Source: Carcharhinus longimanus (taxonomy: Eukaryota). From it: 61,481 nucleotides of DNA. The stretch spans positions 62,166,300 through 62,227,780 of the forward strand of contig JASCQW010000081.1 in NCBI GenBank assembly GCA_030264375.1. The letters run 5' to 3'. The notes beneath the pieces were generated by a model. That model was not told where the DNA came from. It was given only the letters and a program-made list of their open reading frames with translations, and made no database searches. Every line of letters starts with the position of its first letter. The stretch's first letter is position 1. The position numbers and the translations under genes are program-made. Of the stretch, positions 11,770 to 25,084 are shown piece after piece.

Positions 11770-12230
11770 CCTTCTTCTTAGACAGTCCTTCAGATTCGAG
11801 GATGACTCGCTTTCACACTAAAATTGTATTCTAATGCGCCTAAGGAGTCCAATGTGTGACCTACCTTTGTCACAGGCGTGGTGAACAGTGGTTGGAAGAG
11901 CAGATGGCTGGGGTGCCTGAGTTGCCCTGTGTTCCTTTTGCTGTTGATGCTTGGTTTCAGCTTGATGTCAGTGATGAAACAGTGTTCAGCACCTTCCAGA
12001 TCCTTTTCCTCCACTTTGGGTGGTCTTGGGCCAGTGTAGAAGTTGTACTATATCAGGAAGGCTTTAAGGGAGTCATTGAAACATTCCTTCTGCCCTCCTG
12101 GGACTTGCATGCCATGACAAAACTCCAAGTGGGTGGAAGTCTCTTGTCAGGCATGCGGACCATGTGGACCACCCACCAAAGCTGATCAAGCGTGGTTAAT
12201 GCTTCAGTGATGTGGATGTTGACCTTGAGA
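11770..12230 (-). mobile_element. RTE-clade LINE 3' fragment
   Basis: Minus strand: ITEALTTLDQLWWVVHMVRMPDKRLP..GGQKECFNDSLKAFL..LAQDHPKWRKRI, typical of an RTE/BovB-like ORF C-terminus. Confidence 0.8.
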
Positions 12231-12239
12231 AGGTGCTCT

Positions 12240-12515
12240 GCAGATCTTTCAGGTTGCTTCCAGGGATGAGGGTCTTTATCTAAGAAGATAGGTTTGAGAA
12301 ACTGGGTTGCTCTCTTTGGAGCAAATGAGATAGAAATTTTACATGGTTATGACAGTTTTGGCTATGCAACTAAAGAAAGGTGAATAAAGAAAAGCTGTTC
12401 CAGTTAACTTATGGCACAAGGACTAATGGACCTAAGTTTAAGGCTTTGGGCAAGCTGAGGAAGAACATTTTTTCATTGCAAATGGTAATAACCTAGACTT
12501 CATTGCCCACAACTG
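12240..12515 (+). mobile_element. Old CR1 fragment
   Basis: Decayed PGMRV..EDRFEKLG..SLEQMR motif. Confidence 0.55.
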
Positions 12516-12896
12516 CTCTATGATGTTGTAAGTATCTATATGCCATTGTAATGTAAAGGTGCTTAACAGAGCAATGGTTAACACTGTCCATAGTATGATG
12601 TATCATATCATATGGCTATAGACAGAAGAGACACCAAAAGCAGCCTGCATAGGGACAACAACACCATGCATGACAGTAAGTGGGATCTGCACATAGTTAA
12701 AGATTATCAAGAAATGGTTCATGTTGAAACTTACAAATTTCAAAATCTCACGATTGAGACATCAATCAAACCTCTAAGGCAACTTGGTACTCAGGGTACT
12801 TGAAGAAAATAAACTTACAAGGCCACGGAGATACAACAGTGGAATAGAACTGATTTGATTGCTTGTCAGAGGGGAAGCATAGATATCGTGAGCTGA

Positions 12897-13420
12897 AAGA
12901 TTTGATTTATTACTGTCACATGTATGAACATATAGTGAAAAGTATTTTTCTTGCACGCTATACAGACAAAGCATTCCGTTCATAGAGAAGGAAAGAGAGT
13001 GTTACAATCATAGCTAGGGTGTAGAGAAAGATCAACTTAATGCAAGGTAAGTCCATTCAAAAGTCTGACTGCAGCAGGGAAGAAGCAGTTCTTGAGTCGA
13101 GTTGGTACGTGCCCTCAAACTTCTGTATCTTTTTCCTGAAGAAAGAAGGTGGAAGAGAGAATATCTGAGATTTGGGGTTCTTAATTATACTGGCTGATTT
13201 GCCGAGGCAATGGGAAATGTGGACAGAGTCAATGGATGGGAGGCTGGTTTGCGTGATGGATTGGGCTACATTCACAACCTTTTGTAGTTCCTTGTGCTCT
13301 TGGGCAGAACAGGAGCCATACCCAGAAAGAATGCTTTCTATGGCGCATGGTGACAGTCGTAGCTGACATGCCAAATTTCCTTATTCTTCTGAGAAAGTAG
13401 AGGCGTTGGTGGTCTTCTTC
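12897..13420 (-). mobile_element. Rex1/Babar-type LINE 3' fragment
   Basis: HQRLYFLRRIRKFGMS, IESILSG, KELQKVVNVAQSITQTSLPSIDSV; tail tttgatttattactgtcacatgt on the plus strand. Confidence 0.8.
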
Positions 13421-14121
13421 TCTAACTCTATGTACGTAAAAAGTTGGATGTGTGGACATGTTCCTAGAAGACCCACTAGAGTGAATGAATTAATATCTTT
13501 GCAGCAATAAACCCCCCTAAAAGAAAGTTGCTATTGCATTGCTAATGTCACATGTGCCACCTAAAGCAGTCTGCAAGAAAATATGTTGGAGACACCAAGG
13601 CAGGTGATAGAAAATCTGCAGAAGCTGAGAGAATTGTGAAAGACAAGACAGGTCTATTAATTGAATTACATACCTAGTTTGTTCAGTATTAAATAGGGCA
13701 ATCATTTGTGAATAAAAAGAGCTAATCTAACATTTTAAAATATCAGTGTTTAGGTTGGTTAGCTATGGAAGGACTGCAACAAGATCCTCCTTGGCAGCCT
13801 TCCAGTTTACATGGGTTGAATTTGGACCTTAATATACACACTCTGTTCCAGTGTCAAATAATTCTTTTTTTGCCTGTAAGCAAAACATTATATACTTGAT
13901 ACAACATTTCTTAAATGTACCTTGTAACATGTATGGAATCACAAATATTTTAAAGAATTTATCATTGCAACCATTTCTTCCAGTTATAGGTAAGTATTTT
14001 ATCATTAACATTAAAATTTTTGACAACAGAAATATAACCTCAGAGTATAATAGCAAATCACAATCAGTTATGAATATCTTTCCACCATCTATCAAATTCA
14101 GAAGGCTATATTTGATTAATA

Positions 14122-14665
14122 TGATTAGATTTATTATTGTCACATGTAATGTGAAAAGTATTGTTTCTTATGTGCTGTGCAGACATAGGAAAGGAAAGGT
14201 GAGAGTGTAGAATGCAGTGTTATAGTCATAGCTAGAGTGTAGAGAAATATTAACTTAATATAAGGTTTAAAAGTCTAATGGCAGCAGGGAAGAAGCTGTT
14301 CATGAGTCTGTTGGTACATGATCTCAGTCTTCTATATATTTTTCCTGATGGAAGAAGGTGGAAGAGAGTAAGTCTGGGGTGTGTGTTGTCCTTGATTATG
14401 TTGGCTGTCTTCCCGAGGCAGCAGGAAGTGTAGACGGAATCAATGGATGGGATGTTGGCTTGCATGATGAACTGGGCAACGTTCACAACCCTTTGTAGTT
14501 TCTTGCAATCTTGGTCAGAACAAAAGCCATGCCAAGCTGCAGTCCCTCCAGAAACGATGCTTTCTATTTTGCTTTGGTAAAAATTGATGAGAGTTGTAGT
14601 GGACATGCCAAATTTCCTTTGCCTCCAGAGAAAGTAGAGACATTGGTGGGCTTTCTTCACTATTT
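14122..14665 (-). mobile_element. Rex1/Babar-type LINE 3' fragment
   Basis: ORF 14250-14726: VKKAHQCLYFLWRQRKFGMS..IESIVSG..KKLQRVV..HP..LFHLLPSG..RLMNSFFPAAIRLLN. Confidence 0.85.
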
Positions 14666-14984
14666 CAGAGAAATGAAATGTATAAAAGGAAAAAAACACA
14701 CCATGTACACATTTTTTAACAGTCACATGAAAATAACTGCTTTATTAAGCCGCTCAAAGAGGTTTAATTATTTGTAGACTACAGTAGACGAGTAGTGAAG
14801 GAATGCAATTATAACTGAGCCTACCTCTGTTCCTTGTGTCGTGAATTTCTTATTTGGTTAATCTCTTGGAATGAATAGTTATATCATATAAGATTAGTCC
14901 TGGCCCTCCGTATAGCTTCCAGTGAGTTGTGGTCATTCCTGAAGGTAGTCATTTGATGTCAATAAGCAACTTAGAGTTGAAAGA

Positions 14985-15635
14985 CACACTCTCAGGTATT
15001 ACGTTCTAGCAGTCCAATAAGATGGCTAAGAAGGCATCAAGGAATCTTTTTGTTTATTTGCCGAGCCATAGAATATAAGGGCAGGGAGGTTATATTGAAA
15101 CAATGTAAAGCATCAGTTGGGACCAATATGAGGACTGTGTGCAGTTCTGGTCACCTCCTCACAGAAAGGATATAATTGCATTCAACAGGATGCAGAGGAG
15201 ATTTACGAGGATGTTGCCACGATTGGAAATTGCAGCAAATAGAGAGATTGGTTAAGCTAGGCTATTTTTGGAACTGAGGAGATTTGATTGAGATGTATAA
15301 AACTGTGAGGGATCTGGATAGAATTGATGGGAGGAGCCTATTTAGCAGAGAAGTCAGTTCCTTGGGGCATAGATTTTAAATAATTGGTAGAAGTATTTGA
15401 TGGGTGATGAAGGAATTATTTTCACCAGAGGGTTGTAAGGTCTGGAACTCACTACCTGAAAGGGGAATAGAGGCAGACAGGAGTCTGATTATGCGCCCCA
15501 AGTTCTGTAACCTGCAGAGCTGCTGATCAAATGCTGGAAAGTGGGATTAGGCTGGATGATTTGCATTTTGTCAGGTGCAGACACGATGCACCATGTGCCC
15601 TCTTTCTGTATCGTAAACATTCTATGATTCATGAT
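14985..15635 (+). mobile_element. CR1 LINE 3' fragment
   Basis: IEYKGREV, DCVQFWSP, QRRFTRMLP remnants and ttctatgattc tail. Confidence 0.85.
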
Positions 15636-17329
15636 ATTCAGTTCATTTTAACAGTGACGGTGTTCTGTTTTCACAAAGCTTAGAGTGAAGCAACAAATTT
15701 TGTACAGCAACGTTTGGATACCCATATTGCACCATGCATCTGAAGTTGCTGTAGCCTGAAGTTGCTGTAACATTTACACATAAAAGATGGTAAATGCATT
15801 ATTTTGACAGCAAATTTGGACCCGTTGTCTTTTCCAATAGAGCTTCAAAGTAATGCAAGGCTTCTGGTGAATAAAAGAACATTGACCATAGTCCAAAGTA
15901 CTAACGTTGAGAATACTGACAAAAAGCAAGAATTACCCATGCTGATGATTATATGACTTGTCATTTCATCCTACTATCTGTTCTTGTAAAGTCTATTTTG
16001 GTCTACATTAGAGCAGAAGAGATCAAACTATATTCCTATTCTCCAGTGCAAGAACTCTTGTCTTTCCAAACCTTGAAAATCAGTTTTAGTTTTATGGTTA
16101 CTTTCTCTGGGTTGCAAACTGTAAAGTGAGTTTTTCAATCCTTCCCTGAGAATTAACTGACTTGTCACAAAATCGACCAGTGAACTTCCCTTGAACTTGA
16201 CACATCACCTTAATGACTTAAGCCCATAATTAGAGATTTTCAAAAGTCATTGCTAATAATTAATTAGTAGCATCTGAATCTGATTCATCAAGATTCTGTG
16301 AGATATTACAACACTTGTGTCAATACTTAATTATCATTGCTACTCTAAGAATCATCTATTCTTGGACATCTAGAATTTTTAAAAAATGAGACAAATATTT
16401 GTTAGTNNNNNNNNNNNNNNNNNNNNNNNNNNNNNNNNNNNNNNNNNNNNNNNNNNNNNNNNNNNNNNNNNNNNNNNNNNNNNNNNNNNNNNNNNNNNNN
16501 NNNNNNNNNNNNNNNNNNNNNNNNNNNNNNNNNNNNNNNNNNNNNNNNNNNNNNNNNNNNNNNNNNNNNNNNNNNNNNNNNNNNNNNNNNNNNNNNNNNN
16601 NNNNNNNNNNNNNNNNNNNNNNNNNNNNNNNNNNNNNNNNNNNNNNNNNNNNNNNNNNNNNNNNNNNNNNNNNNNNNNNNNNNNNNNNNNNNNNNNNNNN
16701 NNNNNNNNNNNNNNNNNNNNNNNNNNNNNNNNNNNNNNNNNNNNNNNNNNNNNNNNNNNNNNNNNNNNNNNNNNNNNNNNNNNNNNNNNNNNNNNNNNNN
16801 NNNNNNNNNNNNNNNNNNNNNNNNNNNNNNNNNNNNNNNNNNNNNNNNNNNNNNNNNNNNNNNNNNNNNNNNNNNNNNNNNNNNNNNNNNNNNNNNNNNN
16901 NNNNNNNNNNNNNNNNNNNNNNNNNNNNNNNNNNNNNNNNNNNNNNNNNNNNNNNNNNNNNNNNNNNNNNNNNNNNNNNNNNNNNNNNNNNNNNNNNNNN
17001 NNNNNNNNNNNNNNNNNNNNNNNNNNNNNNNNNNNNNNNNNNNNNNNNNNNNNNNNNNNNNNNNNNNNNNNNNNNNNNNNNNNNNNNNNNNNNNNNNNNN
17101 NNNNNNNNNNNNNNNNNNNNNNNNNNNNNNNNNNNNNNNNNNNNNNNNTGGACCACCTCGCACTTGCCAACATTAAATTCCATTTGCCAGCTCCTGGCCC
17201 ATTCGCCCAGCCTATCTAGATCCTTAACCAATCAGATTGAAGAATTGAGGAATTAGCAGCACAAGGATTGATAAGTGTGAGTTTGAACAGGTGAATTCAA
17301 TGTCAAACCATAAATGCAGGAATTTAGAT

Positions 17330-17790
17330 TGCCATGTTCATGCCCTCATCCACACAAAGCCCCACACTCACATCGTCCTCCCCTAACCACAACTGAGAAG
17401 CTCCTCTTGCCTTACAAATTTCTTTTAAGATCATTGCATATGCATCTAAATTCCTGCATGGCCTTACACCACCTGATCTCTGCAATCCTCTTCAGTCAGT
17501 CTGTCATCATTTATCTATTCCATGATCCCTCAGCTTTTTTGTTCCGTATTGGTGACATTTTTTCAGCCCTCACCTCTTGACCCTCTGGAATTCTCAGTCT
17601 CCAATCTTTTTTCTTGCCTCTTCTCTCTCTCATATTAAACTAACCATGCATCCATCCCATTTATTAAGCCATTGGCTAAACCCAGTAATCCCTTCTTTGT
17701 TTTCCACTAGTTCCTTGCCTCTCTTACAGTAATATTTTTTGAGATGCATTTCTTTTCATGAGTAGTGCAATGGAAAGAAAGTTATATTAA
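17330..17790 (+). mobile_element. Old L2-clade LINE 3' fragment
   Basis: QISFKIIAYASKFLHGLTPPDLCNPLQ resembles the L2 motif RIxFKILxLxFKxLHGLAPxYL. Confidence 0.6.
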
Positions 17791-19447
17791 ATTCTGATGA
17801 TTGCCCCACAGAAGAAAAGGCAAACTTGGATGTTTCAGCATAGCTGGCATCAGTACCTATAAATCTAAATGTCCAATTATTCAATAAACTGGAATCTAAA
17901 ATTCTTCTGCTTAACTGTTCCAAGGGCTACATTCTGTGCTTCCCTGCTGGTGGGTCTGAAGGCAGGGAGCATGAAANNNNNNNNNNNNNNNNNNNNNNNN
18001 NNNNNNNNNNNNNNNNNNNNNNNNNNNNNNNNNNNNNNNNNNNNNNNNNNNNNNNNNNNNNNNNNNNNNNNNNNNNNNNNNNNNNGTGGAGTGAGACTGG
18101 TGTTGGGATTCAGATTTTGAACACTTTAATCTCTAACCCAACTCAAAGACATCTGCCTTTTGGGGGTTAAAATTCCCCCATATGAGCTTGCCTACATTCC
18201 ATGTATCAGAGAGAGGAGAGTTTAGTCCCATCTTTTTGGCTGGATTCAAGTCATTTTGCAGAGATAAAAGAGTATAGCACATATAAAAAGAATTGATTAA
18301 TCAATGTGTTGAATGCTTTTTTTTCTGAAAACAGGTCAGCTGCACTTTATTTTGTGAATTTAGCAACGTTCATGGAAAATGGCAGAACTGCCAGAATTTT
18401 CTTCTGAGTGACTTTGTCAAACTCAGGCTTTATAGTAAATAAAGGGCAAAAAAAAATCACCCATAGCCTCTTAACATGTTTAATTGATGAACAATTGTAT
18501 AATTCTGCTTTGGAGTGTACAATATTTATGTATATTTGGTTATAAACAAGCTCCAGGTCTTCAGGGCTACGGCTCAAGTACAGGAAAGTGGGATTAGGCT
18601 GAAGCCCTCATTTCTCAGCCGACACGGACTATTTCTGTGCCGTAAAATTTTCTGTATTTTTGCAAATTCTCTAAATATCTGAGAAGAAGTGATGTGGGGA
18701 GAGTGTGTGTCGCTCCTTAGGTGTGCCAGCATGAAGAAAATGGGCCAAATAGCTGCCTTCAATGCTTTAGCAATTCTATGATTCTTTCCTATGAATTTGT
18801 CCTTCAGGCATCTGTTATTTTCATGCATTGATTACCTCGAATCTATATGCATGTTTTCTATTTATATTTGCAGCAACACTGAAAGTGACTCCGTAATGTG
18901 TTACTAAGCGTGTCGTGCATAAACAAAATAGTGCAGACATTAACCCTGTTGTGTGGCTGCCCTTTTGGGCTGATCACCTTTTACAACAGGATCTTCCTTT
19001 ACCAGAAATATAATTTCCATATCCTACATCCCCCTGTGTGTGTGTCTCTCTCTTCCCCCTTCACTGTAACCTCTAGGCTATAAAGTTTAGTGAATAAATT
19101 TTATATATAGGTTTATTATAACGGTTGTCTCCAAATATTTTTGAAAACGTGAAAGGTTTTAATCAATGTTCACAGCCACATAGAAATTGGGGAAGTACGG
19201 TGTAGGGAACAAATGAGCCCTGGCCACCCACCTATCTTAAAGGGACTGTGCAGTGCACCATTTTTCTTTGCATACCTTTTGGTACTTGTATTCCAACCAA
19301 AAAACCCAATTCAAATTGAATCCAATTCATGATACCCACGTGAGGAACAATCAAGACCCAACCGGCCAAATGAGATGTTGCACCCCATCTTGGGTTTAAT
19401 CAAACATGGTACAAGCTGACAAGATGAGGCATTGCATCCCATCCGGG

Positions 19448-19490
19448 ACTTGATCTGAAGCTTCACCTTAGCCAAAAGGCCAAAATGGCT
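19448..19490 (-). pseudogene. U2 snRNA 5'-end fragment embedded in a repeat
   Basis: Minus strand ggccttttggctaag[gtgaagcttcag]atcaagt versus U2 5' sequence ..ctcggccttttggctaagatcaagtgtag. Confidence 0.6.
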
Positions 19491-20404
19491 TTGAAAAATT
19501 GCATTGGATAAAGCCTCGGTTTAATCTCATTGGCAACCCTGATCCTTTACTCTACTCAAGCCTGGGCAAAATACCATCGCAGGCATCAACACACCTGTAG
19601 TGCAATGGGCTAGCCATGTCCTGGGTGAACCACCTGCTTGATCAGGGTTCACCCCTGCCAGATAGGTATAAACTGTTTGCACAAAGCAAACAAGACTTGG
19701 AGAGAACATTGGTTCATTGAATTATTCTCCATTTATTCCGGTCACATGGACCTCTTGGTTCAAGCAAGGCATTCAAATAAAAGATCCTGAACCAAGCATT
19801 AAATCTTCGCCCAATGATCTGGCTTGTGGTGCTGAGCATATTAAATGAAGTCAGCCTGCTAAATCTCGCCCAGAAATAATGGCATAATTTAGAAACGTAA
19901 TCCTTCTTATGCAAATTATCTTTGTGCTAAATATTGTCTGCTGTTTGCATTCAAAGATACACAACTTAGTTTCTTCGAATCAAGAATATGTGGCATTCCT
20001 TATATAAGCGTAACTTAACAAGTTAGTTGCACATTTATGACAAGTTGTGGAAGATGAAGTCCTTCTGGTTTATCTATTATTTCCCAAAACATCTATTCCT
20101 TTAATCTAACAGAGGATCCTAGCCTTATTTTGCATTAGCCTGCGCAGTTTTTTAAAACATCCAAATATCAGTATGACTCATTGTTGCAGAGCATTAAACT
20201 ATATTGTTTTTTTCTTTTGGGACATAACTGGAGATTTCTGTCCAGATTGATGATATAATTGTGGTGGTTTGGGCCTCTTGCCNNNNNNNAGTAGTCTGAC
20301 TCACTCTAGTGAATTTTACTGAGTCATCTGTGTTTTAAGTTTTGTGGCTGCAATGAGTTCAGTGATGCTGCAGAGGATGCAGTTCCTGCACGTAAAGGCA
20401 GCAG

Positions 20405-21240
20405 TGGGTGGAATTTTTTTGACCTCACCCTGTCTGGCACAGATCATATCAATCCCAGAAAACAGTGTGCGTGCCTAAAAACCAGTTTTACACCCAGCGC
20501 AAAATGGTTTGCAATCATTCACTCTACCTTTCTGCTGGCACAAACCGGATCTCATCCTTTCTGGGCGTGAAACTGATTTGCTTGAGAGTGATTGGATTTC
20601 AATCTCATTAGCAAGTTCGGCAAGTGATGGTTTCCCCCCCTCCCAGAATGTTCCCACCTCCTCAGCAGGAAGCCATATGGGCAAGAATCACTATTAGTCC
20701 CTTGAAGTGTGATCCAGGTGCCATGGATTGCAAACGCAAGCAAGGAGATGAGCACTGCTTGGCACTAACCTCCAGGATGCAGAAGGACAATTCTGCTATG
20801 GGATGGGGTGGGGATCCTTCATGGATGCAGGGGCTTGGGAGGCACAGCCTGAGTCAGGAGGAGGTCCTCGAGTCAGGAGTCGTGGCTGATTTGGGGCTTG
20901 TATGGTGAATATTCTCCCTGCCTGTTGAAAGACCTTTGAACGAATTCATATGAGGTCAAGTTCAAATCCTACTAACGTCGCAGTGGTTGTACTGCTATCT
21001 GTCTGCCTGCAAGACTCTGGGGTTGATTTTTGACATTCTGTCACTGGCGCTGCTAACATCCCAGAAGTGATGGCCATGCTGGGGATATTCGGAGGTCATT
21101 AAAGCTCCCCCCCCCCACCCACCCAGTGGTCAGGGACTTGGCTGGCCATTGCAGTCTGTGGTCCCTATGTTGGTGTGAATATTTACATTTTTTTTTTGTC
21201 TGCAGCATTGCTGAGCAACACTGAAGCTCTGCTGAAAATA
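20405..21240 (+). mobile_element. Possible very old Harbinger-related relic
   Basis: Begins gggtggaatttt like other TIR ends here; PPPQQEAIWARI..DCKRK weakly resembles a Myb/SANT-like domain. Confidence 0.3.
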
Positions 21241-21551
21241 TCAATGTTACTGATGCAGTAACATTGGAAAATTTGACAGGTGATGTGTCACTTCATGTGG
21301 TTGCCTTGTTTAACTTGCTTGGATTTGAGTCTCTTTTGCTGGAAAATGGACACACAGAAATTCAGGATGATCTGGACAACAAGTTAACAGCCAACCTTTG
21401 CCCTGCCCAACCATTACCACCAGAAGACGAGTGCTAACAGAAAAAGAAATCATACCTATTGAATAACCAGCATTTATTCTGGAATATTGCATATTTTCAA
21501 CATTGTTATGTCGGATCTTTGCAGTGAACAGGGTATATTGAGAAAGTTCAA

Positions 21552-21945
21552 GGGGAGACAATGGCTTAGTGGTATTATCGCTAGACTATATATCCAGGAA
21601 CTCTGCTAATGTTTTGGGGACCTGTGTTCAAATTCCACCATGGCAGATGGTGGGATTTGAATTCAATAAAAAAAATCTGTGGAATTAAGAATCTACTGAC
21701 GACCATGAAACCATTGTTGATTGTCAGAAAAACCCTCCTGGTTCACTAATATCCTTTAGGGAAGGAAATCTTCTGTTCCTATCTGGTCTGGCCTATGTGT
21801 GACTCCAGAACCACAGCAACATGGTTGACTCTCAACTGCCCTCTGAAATGGCCTAGCAAGTAATTAAGTTCAAGGGGCTATTGGGAATAGGCAATAAATG
21901 CTGGCCAGCCAGCGACACTCATATCCCATGCATGAATAAAAAAAA
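21552..21945 (+). mobile_element. Full-length tRNA-headed SINE
   Basis: Box A-like tggcttagtggt, box B-like gttcaaattcc, body with ctggttcactaat..tttagggaaggaaatc, LINE-like tail gcaataaatgctggcc..catatcccatgcatgaataaaaaaaa. Confidence 0.8.
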
Positions 21946-22524
21946 GAGTAACTCTATAACATAGAGTTAACAATTGACGGAAAAATTGGATTCCGTAAAT
22001 AATTTATTTNNNNNNNNNNAAGTATCTGCTTTCACGTTCAGTTCCTCATGAACTGTGAGGGCAAAACACATTCTTAAATATGTAGTTCGTGGTAATTCAC
22101 TTGTGTAAGGTATACTGTGCCCATTTTATGAAGTCGATTACACATTGAATTATGCTTGACTGCAAAATCAGATTGGACACACAACATTTGTTCTGTAATA
22201 GATTTAAGAGTAAATTAGATAATAAATAACTTCCCTTGCGTTTGAAAGCTGGCTTGGAGAATCTGGTTTGTTTCAAAGTGAACAACATTAGTCTGTGCAT
22301 ATATGAAGTTTAAATGATTTTATGCAGTTCACATGAAGTTAGTATAATTCTTTTCTGTTCTAATGAGTATAGAAAAATGAATATATTAAAATGTTAAAGA
22401 AAGTACAAGTTGACTTCAAAATATTTGTGGAATAGTTGTTTGCCATAGTTCAAAGATTTGCTGTTTGTGAAAATTTCACACTACTTTTGTTCCTAAAATG
22501 GCAGCTCAGTAATAAATCAACAAT

Positions 22525-23396
22525 AGATAACTGTGAGATGATGCACTTTGGTAGATCGAATCAGGGCAGGACCTACTCAGCTAATGGTACGGCATTGGGG
22601 AGAGTTATAGAACAAAGAGATCTCGGAGTTTAGGTTCATAACTCCTTGAAAGTGGAGTCACAGGTGAAGAAGGCATTTGGCACGCTTGGTTTCATTGATT
22701 GGAACACTGAATACAGGAGTTAGGATGTCTTGTTGAAGTTGTACAAGACATTAGTAAGGCCACCAAAAGAGAAAATGATGGAAAATCTCAGCATGTCTGA
22801 CAGCGTCTGTGATGAGAGAAAAAAGCTGACATATTGAATCCAGATGACTCTTTGTCAAAGGTGGTTCTGGTCACCCTATTATAGAAGGGATATTATTAAC
22901 CTGGAAAGAGTGCAATAAAGATTTACAAGGATACTACTGAAACTTGATGGTTTGAGTTATAAGGAGAGGCTGGATAGACTGGGACTTTTCTTCCCCAGAG
23001 CAGAGGAGACTTTGGGGTGATCTGAGAGAGGTCGATAAAATAATGAGTGACATAGGTGAGATAGATCATCAACATCTTTTCCCAAAGGTAGGGGAGTCTA
23101 AAACTAGAGGACTTATGTTTAAGGTGAGAGGGGAGAGATACTAAAGTATCCAGAGGGGCAATTTTTTCACACACAGGTTGGTGAGTATCTGGGACAAGCT
23201 GCCAAAGGCAATAGTAGAGATGGGTACAATTTTGTTTTTTAAAAAGCATTTAGACAGTTACATGGATAAGATGGATATAGAGGAATATGGGCCAAATGCA
23301 AGCAATTGGGACTAGCTCAGCAGTTAAAAACTGGGTGGCATGGACAAGCTGGGCCGAAGGGCCTGTTTCCATGCTATAAACTTCTATGACTCTATA
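22525..23396 (+). mobile_element. CR1 LINE 3' fragment, interrupted at 22764-22860
   Basis: CEMMHFGRSN, EQRDLGV, LYKTLVRP, FWSPYYR, tail gggccgaagggcctgtttccatgct..ctatgactctat. Confidence 0.9.
22764..22860 (-). mobile_element. Short PLE-tail-type insert inside CR1
   Basis: Reverse complement matches 34988-35081 and the arms of 52100-52289; hammerhead core is degenerate. Confidence 0.7.
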
Positions 23397-23417
23397 ATAC
23401 ATCCATGTGCAGTAATA

Positions 23418-23610
23418 AAGGTAAAGTTTGCTGTAAGCCCAGATGGATAAGCCCAGATGACCATACGCTATCCCTTTCTTTGAGGGGGAGAGCTAACTAC
23501 CAGTGATTTAACCTGAGGATCAACGTGCCTCAGGCAAGGGGAAAGGTTGAGCAGATGGGCCTGAATAACCTCAGTTCATATAAGAATTGATCCCATGCTG
23601 TCGGTGTCAG
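23418..23610 (-). mobile_element. SINE-like repeat fragment
   Basis: Minus strand has box B-like gggatcaattc; internal cctgagg..cctcagg stem. Confidence 0.45.
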
Positions 23611-23967
23611 TATAGTTAGTAATAGAAGACGAAATAGAACAATGGGATGGGAATTGAGAAGGTTGAAATTTAAAAACAGATTACTAAATAAATTATTCTT
23701 TATTTTTAGTGATGAAGAGTCTGATATTAATTCTCTTGCAGGTAGATGGGTTTTGACTGAATAAGAACCTCATTTAACTTCTTTTGTTACATCAATTTAC
23801 TATGTGAACATGGGTATCAGATATCTGAAAACATTAAGACCGTCAGATTGTTGTACTATTTTAACTGACTCCAAATAACAAAAATATATGATTAAATTAA
23901 ACATAAAAATAATGAAAGATTTGTACAACTGGAATCAAAGGGTGGAAATTCCCATTTTGGAGACTTA

Positions 23968-24590
23968 GGGGGCAATCTTACCAAAAATATTCTAAGTTCA
24001 GGACATGCATGAAAACTTTTTTTGGGCAAGGCCAAATCTGCTATTTTATCCACTGAGACAAAAGCATCCTCAAAAGCAGTTTCTCCCCTGTAGGATGGGT
24101 TGGGGCATAAATCGCCCAAATGCTGGCTAAGACCAGCGGAGGGTGCAATTGCGCACGTACAGGTCTCTAGTGGAAGAGGGCTGTCACTCAGCTGGATTTA
24201 AAAGCACCACACCCAGCTACCACAGGGGCCTATGGGCTATCACAAGGCCCGCCCCCACCCATAGGACCGAGCTTCCCCATGGCCAGCCCCGATTGTCCCC
24301 GTTCCTCCCCCCACTAATCCCTGATCAGAACGGCAGTAGGTCCCTCCACCACCGCCAACCGGCCTTCCCCCCCCACCGCCCCCTCTTGGGCAGTGCTGTA
24401 TCCCCCTCCCCCTAAGGACTAAATTTCCCTGTGCACCCCCGGTGGATTCCCATTGCTTGGACCAAGATTTCAAAAACTAGTTGTGAACCAGGGAATTCCT
24501 GATGTGGCAAGAGAATAGAGCGGGGAAACCTGCTAAGTATATTTCAGAATGGAAATGAGGTTCCCAATCTTCCTGGGCAGGAACCTTGAC
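23968..24590. mobile_element. Non-autonomous DNA transposon relic related to 10663-11545
   Basis: Starts ggggcaatcttaccaaaaatattctaagt and shares gctggattta and C-rich interior motifs. Confidence 0.55.
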
Positions 24591-25084
24591 GCATCATGGC
24601 CAGGGACTTGGGAACATCTGGAGATGAGATTACACCATCAAGATTCTCATTTTCCAGCTCTTGCATNNNNNNNNNNNNNNNNNNNNNNNNNNNNNNNNNN
24701 NNNNNNNNNNNNNNNNNNNNNNNNNNNNNNNNNNNNNNNNNNNNNNNNNNNNNNNNNNNNNNNNNNCTTGCATCATTTTGCACCTGCGTCACCATTTCTG
24801 CTCACAGTGAATGTTGATGCAAACTCCCTCCTCAAGTATGGTCGTGGCTGAATTTTGAGGCACATTTCCGATTGAGTGATGAGGCAGAAATTTGAACCCG
24901 ATTTCTCGCTCTGAAGTTCATTAATTGTGCATTGGTGAGTAACGCTTAGAATCACAGGGCATGGTGAGAGATGACGCATCTGTCCCACCATTACTATGTC
25001 GAAGGCCTGGATGACAGATTTAAATGCACCCGAACACCCACATTCACTCTCACCAGCCCAGCTGCATGGAGGAATCGTTCTGTG

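Noticed and set aside
15740-15770. Short tandem duplications (also 6438-6490 and 23435-23460)
   Set aside because: Two-copy 13-18 bp duplications are typical slippage or repair scars.
16356-17256. Longest ORFs in the track (253-291 aa) and other X-rich ORFs
   Set aside because: They span N gaps and are artefacts. The non-X end of one is CR1 sequence (DLDRLGEWARSWQMEFNVGKCEV).
21552-21640. tRNA gene (also 37017-37090)
   Set aside because: Box A/B heads continue into SINE bodies and tails; no complete cloverleaf.
23710-23741. Possible exon tttag|TGATGAAGAG..TTGCAG|gtagat
   Set aside because: 32 nt, begins with an in-frame stop after a phase-0 exon, weak donor, no homology.
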